Assembly: GCA_965203295.1 (NCBI GenBank)
Contig: CBDBCZ010000015.1
Location: 800,001-864,000, forward strand
From: Nitrospirales bacterium
Lineage (GTDB): Bacteria; Nitrospirota; Nitrospiria; Nitrospirales; UBA8639
Direction: 5' to 3'
DNA: 64,000 nt
The position numbers were made by a program, and so were the translations under genes. How positions within the stretch are numbered: the first letter of the stretch is position 1; each line of letters opens with the position of its first letter. Below, one piece after another: positions 37,677 to 49,946 of this stretch. A model generated the notes under the pieces. The model worked only from the letters and a program-made list of their open reading frames with translations, made no database searches and was not told where the DNA came from.

Positions 37677-39594
37677 TGCAGCTCAGCTGGAAGTTCTAGT
37701 CTCGCGGGCCAGACACCCTCACGAAAAGCATGCAGGATAGATTTTTGACCTTTTGTTCTCGCAACCGTAATATCTACCACCACAGATAATAGAGCATAAC
37801 CATCTTAGATAATGGAGCATAACCTATGGTTGTGCTCTATTGACACCACCACGGCGCATAATTTTCTGGACTCTAGCTAGCTAAGCGGAGTAACGCGACA
37901 CCGCGAAAAATTATGACCTAACCTTAGGTTAGTCTCGTGCCCAGCCCGGGCCGGGCACGAGATTAACCTTAGGCGCGCTAGGCAAACTTCGCGTAAGTAA
38001 GCTTATAATTTTCGCGCTGTCGCAGTCAGTGTGTTTTAACTGATTTTCAATTTTTATGCTGAAGCAAAATCTAGTCTATTGGAATGAACAAAAGAATTTT
38101 TGGCGTGCAAGTGGAAAAGAATTTCATCTTTTGTGCTAATAATCAGTGAAACTACTGTGTGGGCTAATCGAGATTGCTCTTTTGTTGCAATTGTGGCTCA
38201 AAATACGATGACAATAATTTTATAGGAGAGCTTACAGCATGATTTAAACTTTTCAATGGTTATCAGGGATATTAAACTTGTAACCTGCTGTAGTTGCAGA
38301 GTTGTAAGGGGAGATTTTGCCTAATAGTGCTGATACTTGACCTTTACCTACCTTACAAGCCTCTGTAACTATGGGCAAGATTGATACTTTGATTATCAAA
38401 GGTCAGCCTTGCAAATGGCTGACCAATGGGGAAACATTAACTCATAAATAGAGAGAAGAAATTCCCACCATGACCATATAGGATATCTTGAATTGCAAGC
38501 TTGTACATATATATGGGTACAAGGTATGGGATGAGAAAGATAGTCAGGCTACAATGGCTAGTTTTCTTTTTATTTAGTATGATGATGTAGCTACGTACAT
38601 GTAAGTTACAATGTGCACGTACCTTCTGTCATTTGCTAGTGACCTGCTAGCGGTTGGATGCCACCTGGAGTAAATAGACGTGGGAAGACCATGTACGTAA
38701 CACACAGTTGGTTAATGTAAACTTTTGCAGCTAATGTGATGCCAGTGTAAAACCAACTAGTGTACCTACCTACAGAGTTTTCTTGTTCATGAGCTATAAA
38801 GAGTCATTTACATGTACTAAGTAGCTTGTTGCTTGCGTGTGCAAAGTTTATATTCAGGCGGCCATCTACCTGCTGTTAGTACATGCAGGCCACGTGACAT
38901 CTGGCCAATCAGTTTTCTTTTTTAATTTAGTCAGGTGACATTTTAAATGCACAGTTTGCATACTTTAGTGTGCATTTATGTGTAGTATAACCATGGATAA
39001 TATAGTACTTATTATCCATGGCATATAGCTTACCTGGTACTACATATAACCTGTGTTTCATATGTACTGTTATTATTATGCAACCAGTGATTGTTATGTA
39101 ATTTACAGAAACCATTAGCGATGCAAGAGGATGATACAGCAGCATACAAAGTTTAGGGCAAGCGCTCTGTGCATCTTCAGTATGCCTTGAACTACCACTG
39201 CTCAGTCCTTCTGCTGACAGCTACACATGTAACAGGTCTGTAAATCATAAAGCCAACAAGAAGCACAGCCACAGCTATGCACAACGATAACTACAGATAT
39301 AGCTGTTTCCAATGTGCAAGGTTAGTTTTAATTCAGCAAAAACAGGTTCAAGGTCACGCTACCTGCAGTTACTGTAGGGCTCTAGGCAGTGCACATGTGC
39401 ATGTGTAGTGGTTAAATGCCGACTTTAGTAGCCTTGTACCCAGACCTATATACCGCAAAAATCTCATTCCGTTTGGTCTGGGTACAAGGCTAGAATTTAG
39501 CTCGAAGGTCCTAAAAAAGACTGGGTGTAGTACTACACGATCATTGTTGGGTTTCCAAATTCTAAAATTGTTTAATGATACGTACATATTGTAG

Positions 39595-40029
39595 GTTGCT
39601 GGACATCCTTGTAGATCAAAAGGCTGGTTTGAGCGGTGCTGTACTCATCACTGGAGAAGAGACTTTCGTGTCCTTGCAGGCTATGCCGTGCAGGTTTGTA
39701 ATCTGCACAATTGCATACCTGTAGTATGGGTGCAGTTATTAAATGAGACTACAGCAGAATAAGACTTAAATTTAACTTGTGATTTCTAACCTTGACCACA
39801 GTGAATTGGTGAATCTAGCAATCTAGTTGGTATTGACTGTGAAAAAGCTGCTATAATAGTTTAAATGTTTGTACATGTATAATCCTTTTCACTTCCCAGG
39901 ATAATATTGTGATGGGTACACCATAGATAGTATAGCTTCATTACGGAGCTATATTATCTATGGGTACACTGACAGTGCGTAAGAACCTGCATTACTCTGC
40001 TGTCCTTTGCTTGCCCTCTAAAATGGCTT
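39595..40029 (+). pseudogene. Inverted ABCG2-like fragment (two exons equivalent to coding exons 3-4)
   Basis: 39595-39693 reads LLDILVDQKAGLSGAVLI..GYAVQ (99 nt versus 115 nt in the intact copies, frameshifted). From 39900 it reads DNIVMGT[insertion]LTVRKNLHYSAVLCLPSKMAWQKRKQ*. Confidence 0.85.
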
Positions 40030-41753
40030 GGCAAAAAAGGAAGCAGTAACTGTGCAATTAAGTCAGACGGTGTGTGGTGTGTAGTGTACCTTAGCAAATG
40101 AAAGTCAACAGTGCATCATACTGCAAAACAAAATTGTGCAAAGTGACATGCATGATATACACGTACAGAGAGATATATAACTGTAAGTGTGCAAATTCTG
40201 ATTGGCGATGCTATTCTGCTTTCAAAATAATCCACGCTAGTAGCTAATAGTAATCATAGCCTGAAAATGTAAGAATAAGTATAATGATAGAATTAATCCA
40301 CTCGTGATCACAGGCCCAATACTTTCACATCAACTCACCTCTGGACGAACTTCACGTGTTACTCTGGTTGTAGGGTGTTGGTAGGTCAGCTGATCGCCTT
40401 TGGCTGTCTTACCAAGGGATCTCAATGATTCCTCGTACCTGTGATGACGTTTACATAAAAAAAATTAATATTCTGCAGCAGAACAGCAGCAGGATATGAA
40501 ACTTACTATTATTCAAAGGCCAGATATGTGAAGTAAGCTGTTCCTTTTAATGTTGTGGCTAGCCTCAAATTCGTGCCCATATACATTCTGGCTTGGATGT
40601 GCCGCAATACTCAACAGTCATTTCGAAAATGTAGGTAATTTTCCATGTGTATACATATTTGGTACTGTAAAAATAATACACCTCTGCTCCTTTGAGTGCA
40701 CTGTGTACGGGAGATCTCAGCTGATCAGATTACATGTACCTACCATGTTTTTAGCATGCCCAATTGCATGACTATAGGAGGTCATGTACAATTCCTGTCC
40801 CTAGCCCTTGATATAGCTAACAACATCAGCTTTGCCAGAGTCAGTAACGAGAAACAATTCTGGAGATGATTCAAAAGGCTGGAAGAAAGCAACGAGGGCG
40901 TGTCGCAACAGATGGAACTGACACAGCAGGCACGTATGGGAATCTGCCGTAGACTGCTCTGAAGAAATCTACTGGTGTCATAAGCTCAGAGAATGTATGA
41001 AAAACAGCAGTAATGTGTTTTTTTGTCATTGCTATCTTTCCTCTCTTTGAGTAGCAAGGATGATCATGTTGCTACTGTAGTGTTTATAACACCATTGATC
41101 ACCCAGGTCTAAATGAAGCATGGTTTTGAAAAATGTAGCAGATTTGATAGTACTTAGGAGGAGGCTTTAGGTTAGTATCGAGACAGGTTTAATCTTGGGA
41201 TATATAAGAAACTAATGATAGTACGTATCTCTGCTTATGGCAAGTTAAAGTCAAACACTGCATTCATGATCCATAGATAATATAACCTTCGAAGGTTATA
41301 TTATCTATACGATCTGACAGTCAAACTTATATACATGTAGCTAGCAGATGCCTTTGATTGGACAGACTGAAGTTCCCCACTCGAAGTAGCAGTGCAAGCT
41401 GTGGCACCAGAGGTCTCATACTCTCAGCACACTTTCTATCTTTACTTGTTCTCAAACTACATGAGTTAGCTACATACTTGTTGCCTTTGTGTTTATAGCC
41501 TATCGTAATATTCTCTTGCAGTGGTGCAGAAAGGCTCCTGTATTGCCAATGCAACAGAATTTCTGAGCTACACAGGATACAGCGTACCGGTACACTGGCC
41601 GTGGTACAACCAGATAGCACTGGCTTACACATCTGCTTAGACTTGTGACTAAGTGACGTTGTCTACTGGGATTACGCGCACACGTCAGCAAATGCGACGG
41701 TGGGTGGGGCTGAGGCGGAACTTGATTCTATAATTAGAGGGTAAGAAACAAAA

Positions 41754-44167
41754 ATGGCAGTTCGACAGAGAAAACCGTTACCAAAATCTACCTGCGCTTC
41801 CGATGAGCTTTCGGCGTCTCTGCAGGAATGTGCAAATGTATCAGCAAAGAAGTTAAACGGCAGTGAATTTGGTGACTGCTTATTCACGGCTGCTGAAAAA
41901 CTCGACATCAAGCAAAACGTATGAAGCTCAGGCGACCAACCAGTACTTCCTATTGTTGTTATTGCTTCAGAGTGATTTGGGGCTGCTTCCTCCTTTTGGT
42001 AGCTATTGGATTCCTTGTTTCACGTAATGAACCTGCCAGCTCGTATTTACACAGGACCATTCATACGAGAATATACAGTGATATTGTGCGTCCAGTGAGG
42101 TTAGGCCTCTTAGCAGTTGGTTCGTATTTGAAAGCTGCTGGAATTGATGTTTTCCATGACTGTGTGGTGGAGAACCCATTCTTAAGGTCAACAGAACAGT
42201 GTGTTTGTATGCACACAAAGGAGGCTACAGAAGTAACTTTGGATGGATCTGTGCTACCATTTTCGGTTTACGAAAATCCAAAAGAGATATATGTTCTGAG
42301 AAATGTAGTGGATTCAAAACTCAGCCTGGAGCAGCTTCAAGATTTTCACATATCTCATGGAAAGAACCCCCCTGCTTGCCTTGAAATTGGAAATGAAGGA
42401 CAGAGTGGACCACTTTTCTATCGACAGCTTTTCGACAAACCACAGATGTTGAAGTTTTTGACATCTAATGAGTCCTGGAGCTTTACATGATAGGAGTGTG
42501 CAAGACTTGTTGTTTGCTGATCAGCTCGTGAAGATTTCTATCGTTAACTTTTTCCCCTATCATTTCAGGGCTGAGTGTCCAGATCCAGTATCACAACTCT
42601 CTCTTCGTTCATTACTACCTTCTCCATCTTACTTACCTCATGGACTGTATCTACACAGCAATTCCCTTTTCTCCATCAGTACACAGTGGGGAACAGCTGG
42701 ACATATTGTTGTAAGTTATAAATTCTATATTTATGAATTTCAGAGAGCCACCACTATTGCAAGGGATAGTTTTTTTCCCTGCCTATGTATCAATGTACAA
42801 TTTCCCTGTTGCTATGTCATGGTTAAGGTAGGAGGACCTTCGAATCCGCGTGATTCTTCTCATAAATAATTAATGAGTGATGTCACTCAAGTGGCACTAA
42901 TTAATATGTTTGCATTTTCCCATGGTGGCAACCGGAATCAACAGGAGGGGTGTGTCACTTTGATGTGGATAGCAGCTCTTTCATGTGCAATATCGGCACT
43001 TTGATGTAGTTGAGCGGTACTAGTACTCTAATGTTGGCTTTCAACACTTTTTTTGTAAATATGACCTCATAATTATAGTGACAAGTAGACTGTGTATGGC
43101 TGAATAGCTAGCTAGTGTGTTGTAGAAAGATTGTTTGGCTGCTTGAGTGCCTAGAAGTCACCCAGACAGACGAATGTTGACAGGCTGTTGCCCATCTCAG
43201 GTAGACTAGAATAGTGACCTATCTGGCCAGTAGGCTTCACCCACTTTTGTACTGTACAGCATCTAGCTAGCTATGTGAAAATCTGTGGAGATTTATAGGG
43301 AGTGCTTTGGCGGGTGGTTCTCAGTAACCGAGGGGTGAGTGGAAAATCCCATCCCTAAATTTTCTGTGAGTAGGTTGAAGTTTGTAAGGCAGGGCTCGAA
43401 TTTGTGGATTATTTAGCAGAAGGTGTGATCAAATGCCTCAATTTGAGATAGACTTTTATGTTCTTAACCAGGCCATCCATTTGATTTGGGTATTCCAAGA
43501 CCAGGGTCTTCCTACCTTAACAAATCTGATATTTCTTATCAGAAAATTAGCCAAGAACGTTTTAAACTAACTGCAGTTGTAGATCTATAACAGGCTGTCT
43601 GTCTCATCCTGCATAAGTAGATAAGTAGGCAAGCTCAGTATAGCAAAAGTGGCGACTCTTGTGTACTTCAATTAGCGGCTGTACCTGATGATCATTGCGC
43701 TGTGACATGTGGGTAGTCTGTGCATGTATTGCGATAGGCTTGTTTCATTGGTTTTTGGGGAAGTATTTTTTGGTGGAAGTGCAACCCTACATGACTTGTT
43801 TTTGCACTTTTTGGCAAAGTGCTTTTTTTTTCCTTATAGAAGAGAATAGAAATCCTTGTTCACAGTTCTGCCTAATTGTAACCATTAAATTTTGGTAGTG
43901 TAAGATTGAACGTGTGCATGCTGTTGCTTGATTCAGAAGCTTTGTATTTGGTTACTGAAGTTATTGTTGTGTTATGTGTTATGATATTGATATGCACACA
44001 CACACACACACACCATGCATATACACAGACTCCACTAATGTCTCCTATCACTCTGGTGAATGTCTTAGAGGGAGACGCGAGGTTTTATATGAGTTCATTA
44101 GGAGATCACTGTTTTGACTACTGCACTGCACTCAAGCACCATCCCATACTCAAAACAGGAGATATTA
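41754..44167 (+). pseudogene. C6orf89/BRAP (bombesin receptor-activated protein)-like gene, probably disabled
   Basis: Exon 1 (41754-42489) has a TM segment and VRPVRLGLL..CVVENPF..CVC, with a frameshift near 41920. The expected GT donor at 42490 reads AT. Exon 42569-42710 reads WAECP..LRSLLPSPSYLP. Exon 44029-44167 reads C..YC..LKTGDI. Family call is from recalled motifs. Confidence 0.6.
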
Positions 44168-45056
44168 GTAGGTTTACTAGTATATTCTTGGGTAGTGTAA
44201 GATTTATGTATGGGCAGCACTATACTACTCTTTGAAAGATCAAAGGCATTATGTAGTGTGCTGGACAAGTTACAAAACAATCTCAAAACAGTTTACCCAA
44301 AATTGACTCATGTGAATTTATTCCCCACTAGCGACTTGAATGTAGCTAACCACTGCCTGAACTTGAAGCTAGCCCCCAGTATTCCTAGAAACGGGGGGGG
44401 GGGGGGGGGGCTTGTCCACATCCTGATTAAAATATCAAAGCAGTTCACCCATGCAGGAAAAGTCCTGGGTAAAGCCCAGGATAGTGATAGCTATTTTGTC
44501 CTATTTTATGTCATAACATAAAGCAGCATGTGGACAACAAGTTATCATTGCCTAATTAAGAGTTCATTCCTCCAGTGTCTATAGAAAGCCCTCCAGTTTA
44601 GCTTTTAGCTCAATTCAAACTCAAGCTAGTGGCTAGCCGCATTCATGCTGTACTAGAGTCCACTGGAGAGCTATTTCAGACTCCTGGAGAGCTGCTTTGA
44701 GTTCAGGTTTGTGTAGGAGAATGTTTGTAACTCTACAACACTTTAAATTTGTCCAGCACACTGATGCCTTTGATCTACTAATTAGGATGCGACAATACAA
44801 CTAGTACTCTCACTTTATATGTATACTACACGACAGTTGGTCCTCCTCCAAGTCTCAGTATTGCCGATGTACCATAGATGCATGTCGTACTGCTGTATTA
44901 TGGATATATTGGCGAAGTGTTTTTTGTAATTCTTAGATACGTAGCTATGTGTGCCTGCATATAAGACAGGTTCTGTCTTTTTAATTAAACAAGAAAGTCC
45001 TGATTATGGACGTATTCCAATTGACAAAAGCTGTCAAAAGGAATGTTTTTGGCTAA

Positions 45057-45642
45057 CATAGGACCGGTTTTAAATGCGATAATCTATTAAATTCGAATGC
45101 GTTTTTTTTTCTAAGCTCGCAAAAAGTAGAACGCAATTCATTTGTCACAGACAATTACGTAATCGTAACACGTGCCGTGCCGGAGTGGCTGCATTACTCT
45201 GATGTGAAAGCTACTTGGAAAATTGTCATAGCTAAGTGCTGCAGCTGTATTTCCCGTACCAGATGAGCCTACTACGATATTTGAAGCCTATCAATAGGCC
45301 GACTGTCGTGGCCGATGGCCGACAACAATGCTGTCTTGGAAAACGGCTACTGCTCTCAGATCGTTCTCGTTATTCTCCTCGTGTTTAAGCCATAGTTTCT
45401 CTCCCACATGAGGGTCCATATGAGTTTGTATATGTGGTGGCCTCGAACAACACTCTCTAGTGTGTACACAGCTTCAGCGCTTCACTTACCATCATTTTCA
45501 CACAAGATTCTGGTAGAAGCCTATGGTGTGGGTGTGGCTAAAATAGCAATAGCATTGCGAAACGCATTAAATAAATACGCAATTTGCGTTCAAAACACGA
45601 AAACGCAATAATTTTATCACGCAATTAAAACCGGTTCTATGG
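45057..45642. mobile_element. Tc1/pogo-type MITE
   Basis: CATAGGACCGGTTTTAAATGCG ... CGCAATTAAAACCGGTTCTATG inverted ends; a related short copy lies at ~55733-55936. Confidence 0.6.
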
Positions 45643-45898
45643 TATATGGAAATACTTCATCAAAATGAGTTGACATGTGCAACTTATTTCATCATAATTA
45701 TAAATATACCCACTCCACTGTTTGATATTTGTGATACTGTGGTTCTCAAGATTATTGGTTGTGTCATTCAAATTTTGTTTTGTTTTGTTTTTGCTTCAGC
45801 CACATACAGCAAGACCTGCAGCTTAAAAGTGCTTGCAGCACTTCCTCAACGTTGGGAAAACTCTTAAGCTCAGAGGGTTTCAGCAAGCATGTGTGAGT

Positions 45899-46200
45899 CA
45901 GTGTTCTCGCTAGGCCTATACCAAAGGGCACAGTGCCCTTTGAGGCTGCTAATGTGCCCTTTGGGGCTGGCCCAAAACCAAAATGTGCCCTTTGGTGTTT
46001 TGCAGCCACTTGAATTACTTCTGGTGTTTTAACATCGCTTGAACTGTCTGACTGGTCTGACTAAATAAATTAATGTAGAAATGCTGACAGCAATAACAGT
46101 TTACAGGGTAAATAGGGTAAACATTTTTCCGCGCTGCGCGCACATGCAGCTGATCCGCTAAAATGTGCCCTTCGGACTGCCAATCCTGGTGAGAACACTG
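45899..46200. mobile_element. hAT-family MITE, 302 bp
   Basis: TIRs CAGTGTTCTCGCTAGG / CCTGGTGAGAACACTG; perfect 8-bp TSD GTGTGAGT (45891-98, 46201-08); internal GTGCCCTT repeats. Confidence 0.9.
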
Positions 46201-46701
46201 GTGTGAGTGCCCATCACTGATTGCCAAATTATATATCTGAATAGCGAGAAGATTTATTTTATTTTCCCACTATTCGATATATAATTATTGAGGTCTTAAG
46301 TTCTGTGCAGTAGAATGCTTTTAGTACAAGGGCGTAACTGAAAAATACTCCATGTACTCGATTGTTATGAGCCAGACTTTGATCTAAACAACCAATTCAA
46401 ATTTAAATTAATACCGTTTCTGTGATGACAATTACAATCAGTGAAAAAGCTACTAATGGCACTATCATAACCTGCATAGCAAAACAAACTACCACATGGC
46501 TTTGTGGGATTAAAAGATTATTTTCCTACAATCATTGCTAGATAAGGACAACTAAACATGTCATATCCAAAACAAGAGCATCACTTTATAAGTGCAAAAC
46601 AAAGGGCACAGTGTTGGATGGTACAATCAGGGTAACTACGTGTATGCTTTTCCCAACCACTAACTGCTCTACAGTTGAGCAACCTACTGTATAGTCATGG
46701 A

Positions 46702-47236
46702 TTTTTACCCCGCGGCGCGTAGGCGGCGGCGGGGTTAAGCAATTGGTTCTGTCTGTCCGTCCGTCCGTCCGTCCGTCTGTCAGGTGTCTGTCCACTCAAA
46801 AATCGGGCTATCTCGCGATTTACGGGGTTAAACGATTGCTAAACACGACAGTAACATTGAAATCAAAAAAAAAATGTCCGGGTGTGTATCTGATAGTCGC
46901 CAAAGCGGTTCCATTCGCTGTATCTACAGCTCTTTCTTATTTAACAACGGTGCATTCTGCCATTTTAATACGGTCACAACTAGAATACGATAGAGGCCGG
47001 GCATATACGGACTCTGGTCACGTGTTCATATTGGCAATAAGTCACGCCCACCACTTCTCATAGGATATACAGATATATACGCGTACACGAGCGCTGTACA
47101 CTCTGCGTGCGGATACACAGCCAGTGATATACATGTACACTCTGCCAACTACTCGATCAGCCCAGTCTGCATTCCTGCCAGCTCCAAGTTGTGAATTATG
47201 CACCGTGGGGTATGTCTCTGCTAGAGACTTCTAGTT
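46702..47236 (+). mobile_element. HINE/DINE-1-like element (Helentron-derived, non-autonomous)
   Basis: TTTTTACCCCG subterminal repeat with a nearby partial inverted copy (CGGGGTTAA), (GTCC)n microsatellite, 3' GGGGTAT plus stem-loop GTCTCTGCTAGAGAC plus TTCTAGTT. Confidence 0.75.
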
Positions 47237-48496
47237 CTACTAGTATTTTTACCAGCTGGCCAGTTCTTGTACATACATCGTGTATATCTGGTTTATAGCC
47301 GAGCGAAGCGAGGCCAATAATCGCGTGCTATGGGCTCAACAATCTCAGCTAGCGTTTATATGTATAATACGTACATCTATTAAGTTCACTCGACTCTCCC
47401 CCGGGGGAAAGGCACATGTTCAAAATGGCGTCTCTGGCAGTTTTTTGGGTGCCGTCTTCAAAGTCGTGGCGGGCACAAAGTCAGAGGTCTGGACAAATTT
47501 GTCATGAAGTTCTATCAAGGGAGACTTGCTACAGCTCCCAGGTTTGTAGAGTTCGTGTAGCTTTACTTTAAGCTGAGATGTGAGAGCTGGAGGCCGACGA
47601 CACGATCGTAAGATGCCAACGGTATTTCAAGCCAGCATGCATTAAGCTGAGATCATATAGTCTCGCGAGCCGGCCCCTCGTATTGCATACATCAACTTTT
47701 GATATAGATCTGTACATATAATTGCGCATCATGGTATCACAGTAGATATAGCAGATAGATAAACAGGTATGTATATAGCAGATAGATAAACAGCTAGTTA
47801 CTTAATCCGCACATGGCAGCAGTCAACCTTGACCCCAACCTCACATGTGAGCACTCAACCATGACCCCATGCCCTATAGACACCAATTACATCCCAACGT
47901 GCATGCATGCATACTCCACTCAACGCATAAACAAACCTCAAGCCACCTACCATGTACCAAGACTGCCATGCACCACAATTCACCACTACCCAATCTGCAC
48001 AAACAACTGCCACCATATGCAAAAAAGCTACGCGAGGCATATTTCGCTTGCGTATTCCTAGTACAGTATATACGTATATGTATTTATGAGGCAATTTCAT
48101 TATGCTGTAAGCATAGTACTTCTCCATTGTCATTAGGTTGATGGCTGAGACAATGTACGTGTGGCATTGGTGTCCACCATTCCTGCTGTCCTGACATCTA
48201 TAGAGAAAGAAATGACATTAACACTGTTTGCATCTCTAATGTAAAGCTGATATGGGAAGCAGATGAGAGGAAATTCTCGTGTAGTTAGTGACTACATGCA
48301 TGGGCCCTGCTTAGGAGCAAGACACGTCATCAAAATATGAATAATCTCTGAGGAGAATAGTAATTTGACTCATATGTTTTCAGGTTTGTTTTAAGTAGCC
48401 CAATTGTACTACGTATGTCTGATACATTCCATTTATGCTCCTTGCTGAGATGGTATGCGTAATATATATTTTTCTTTCTCTCCAGTAATATGAACT

Positions 48497-49946
48497 ATAT
48501 ATATATATACATATATACTAGAGATTATCAAAATACGTACTCAATACACTGTACAATACAATCCAATGCAATACAATACAAAAAAAAAAAAAAAAAAAAA
48601 AAAAAATTACATTAATGATTAAATGACGCCGTCCACTGAGGGGGCGAAAGTAGGGAGGCGGCGCAGCCAGAGAACGGAATTCCCCCGCCACAGGGTGATG
48701 GCGAAACGGCGGAACAGCTGTTTGGTGCAGGCCGTGGAGTCGAAGGGGGCGGCTCGTTGGGCGATGGACTCCCCAAAGGACTTGATGATGGAGATGGTGT
48801 CCTCCGCCAGCCCACCCAGAGCCTCGGCCACGACGGGAATAAATGTCACTCCGGCGGAGCGGCAAGCGGAGAGATGGGAGGTCAGCTTCCGCTGTACTCC
48901 AACTTGCAGGGCATGGCCAGGAGTGGAGGCAGCCCCGTGAACCGTCTGCTGCTGTAGAGGGGAGATCACATGTACATCGAGAGCAGCTGGGCGACCCTGG
49001 GACCACGTGGGAAGGAGGATGTCCGCAGGCCGAGACAGGGAGTCCGGTACCACGCCTGAAGCTTCGCGAGCTGGGGACAATGCGGCAGACTGAGCGGCAG
49101 TGAACAACACATCCCGGAGGGCATTGTGGCGTGATATTCTGTCGCCATTGCCACCACAGCCGACCTGGTGGTCGCCAAAACGGTCGGCATCGCCACCGCA
49201 CTCAGGGCATGAATAGGTGGAGCTCAGCAAGGGGACACCCAACCAGTAACAGAGGCAGCAGCGGAACTCCTTGTCCTGCAGGCGGAGACCCAGAGCGGCA
49301 GATGGCACACCGTTCAGCCAGTCTCCGGCATGTGGTAGGGAGGTGGAGTGGGCCAACGCTCTGGCACGGGCCGATGGAGCAGAGGAGAGGAGTTGTTCGT
49401 GTCCCACGTCATCAATGGCAATGGAGAGGCAACGCTGGCGTAAAGGCACGTCGATGTCCGCCAGACACTGCCAGTCTTGCCGGGCGGCAGAAACAGAGAG
49501 GGCAGCCAAGGCCGAATCCAGATGGGGTGGGTGGTTTGGCAGTCGACGCAGGATGGCACTCACCAGATCGTGGGAGCCTGAAGAAGAAGCTACATAGGCT
49601 GCGGGAGCATGCAGCGTAGAACTTCTAAGGTTGAGGCCACCGCGGCTGCTGGGCAGGGCAGCTTTCAACCAGGACCATTCAGAGAAAGGTCCACCAAGGA
49701 TCCTCTCCAAACATGCTCTGATGGCCATGTCGAAATCCCTGGTGGCCTGGGAGATGTGGCCTGGTGGGCATGTATGGAGGATGTAAGAGAACTTTGGGAG
49801 AGCGAGGCATGAACGGAGAAGGGATGTCTCCAGCTGGGCATCTCTCATGTTGTGTAGAGTCGTCAAGGATTCCCTGATCTTGTTGACTCTGGCCTGCAAC
49901 ACTTGTTCGCAATAGGCCGGGGGGCCAATTGGGCAGCCCAGAAGAC
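48497..49946 (-). mobile_element. 5'-truncated CRE-clade-like non-LTR retrotransposon (RT thumb, CCHC knuckle, RLE endonuclease)
   Basis: Uninterrupted 427-aa ORF 48619-49902 with ALPSSRGGLNL, CPEC..HQVGC, RHNALRD, RPADI, LDVHV and FIPVVAEALGG. GC-rich relative to the flanks; 3' poly(T)/(TGTAT)n/(TA)n tail; 10-bp TSD AATATGAACT (48487-96, 49947-56). Confidence 0.9.

Noticed and set aside
48580..48606. Poly(A) tail of a + strand processed pseudogene
   Set aside because: It lies inside the TSD-bounded minus-strand retroelement, where it is a poly(T) tract in the 3' UTR.
48518..49619. Several overlapping ORFs (227, 162, 108, 105 aa)
   Set aside because: Shadow frames of the GC-rich retrotransposon ORF.
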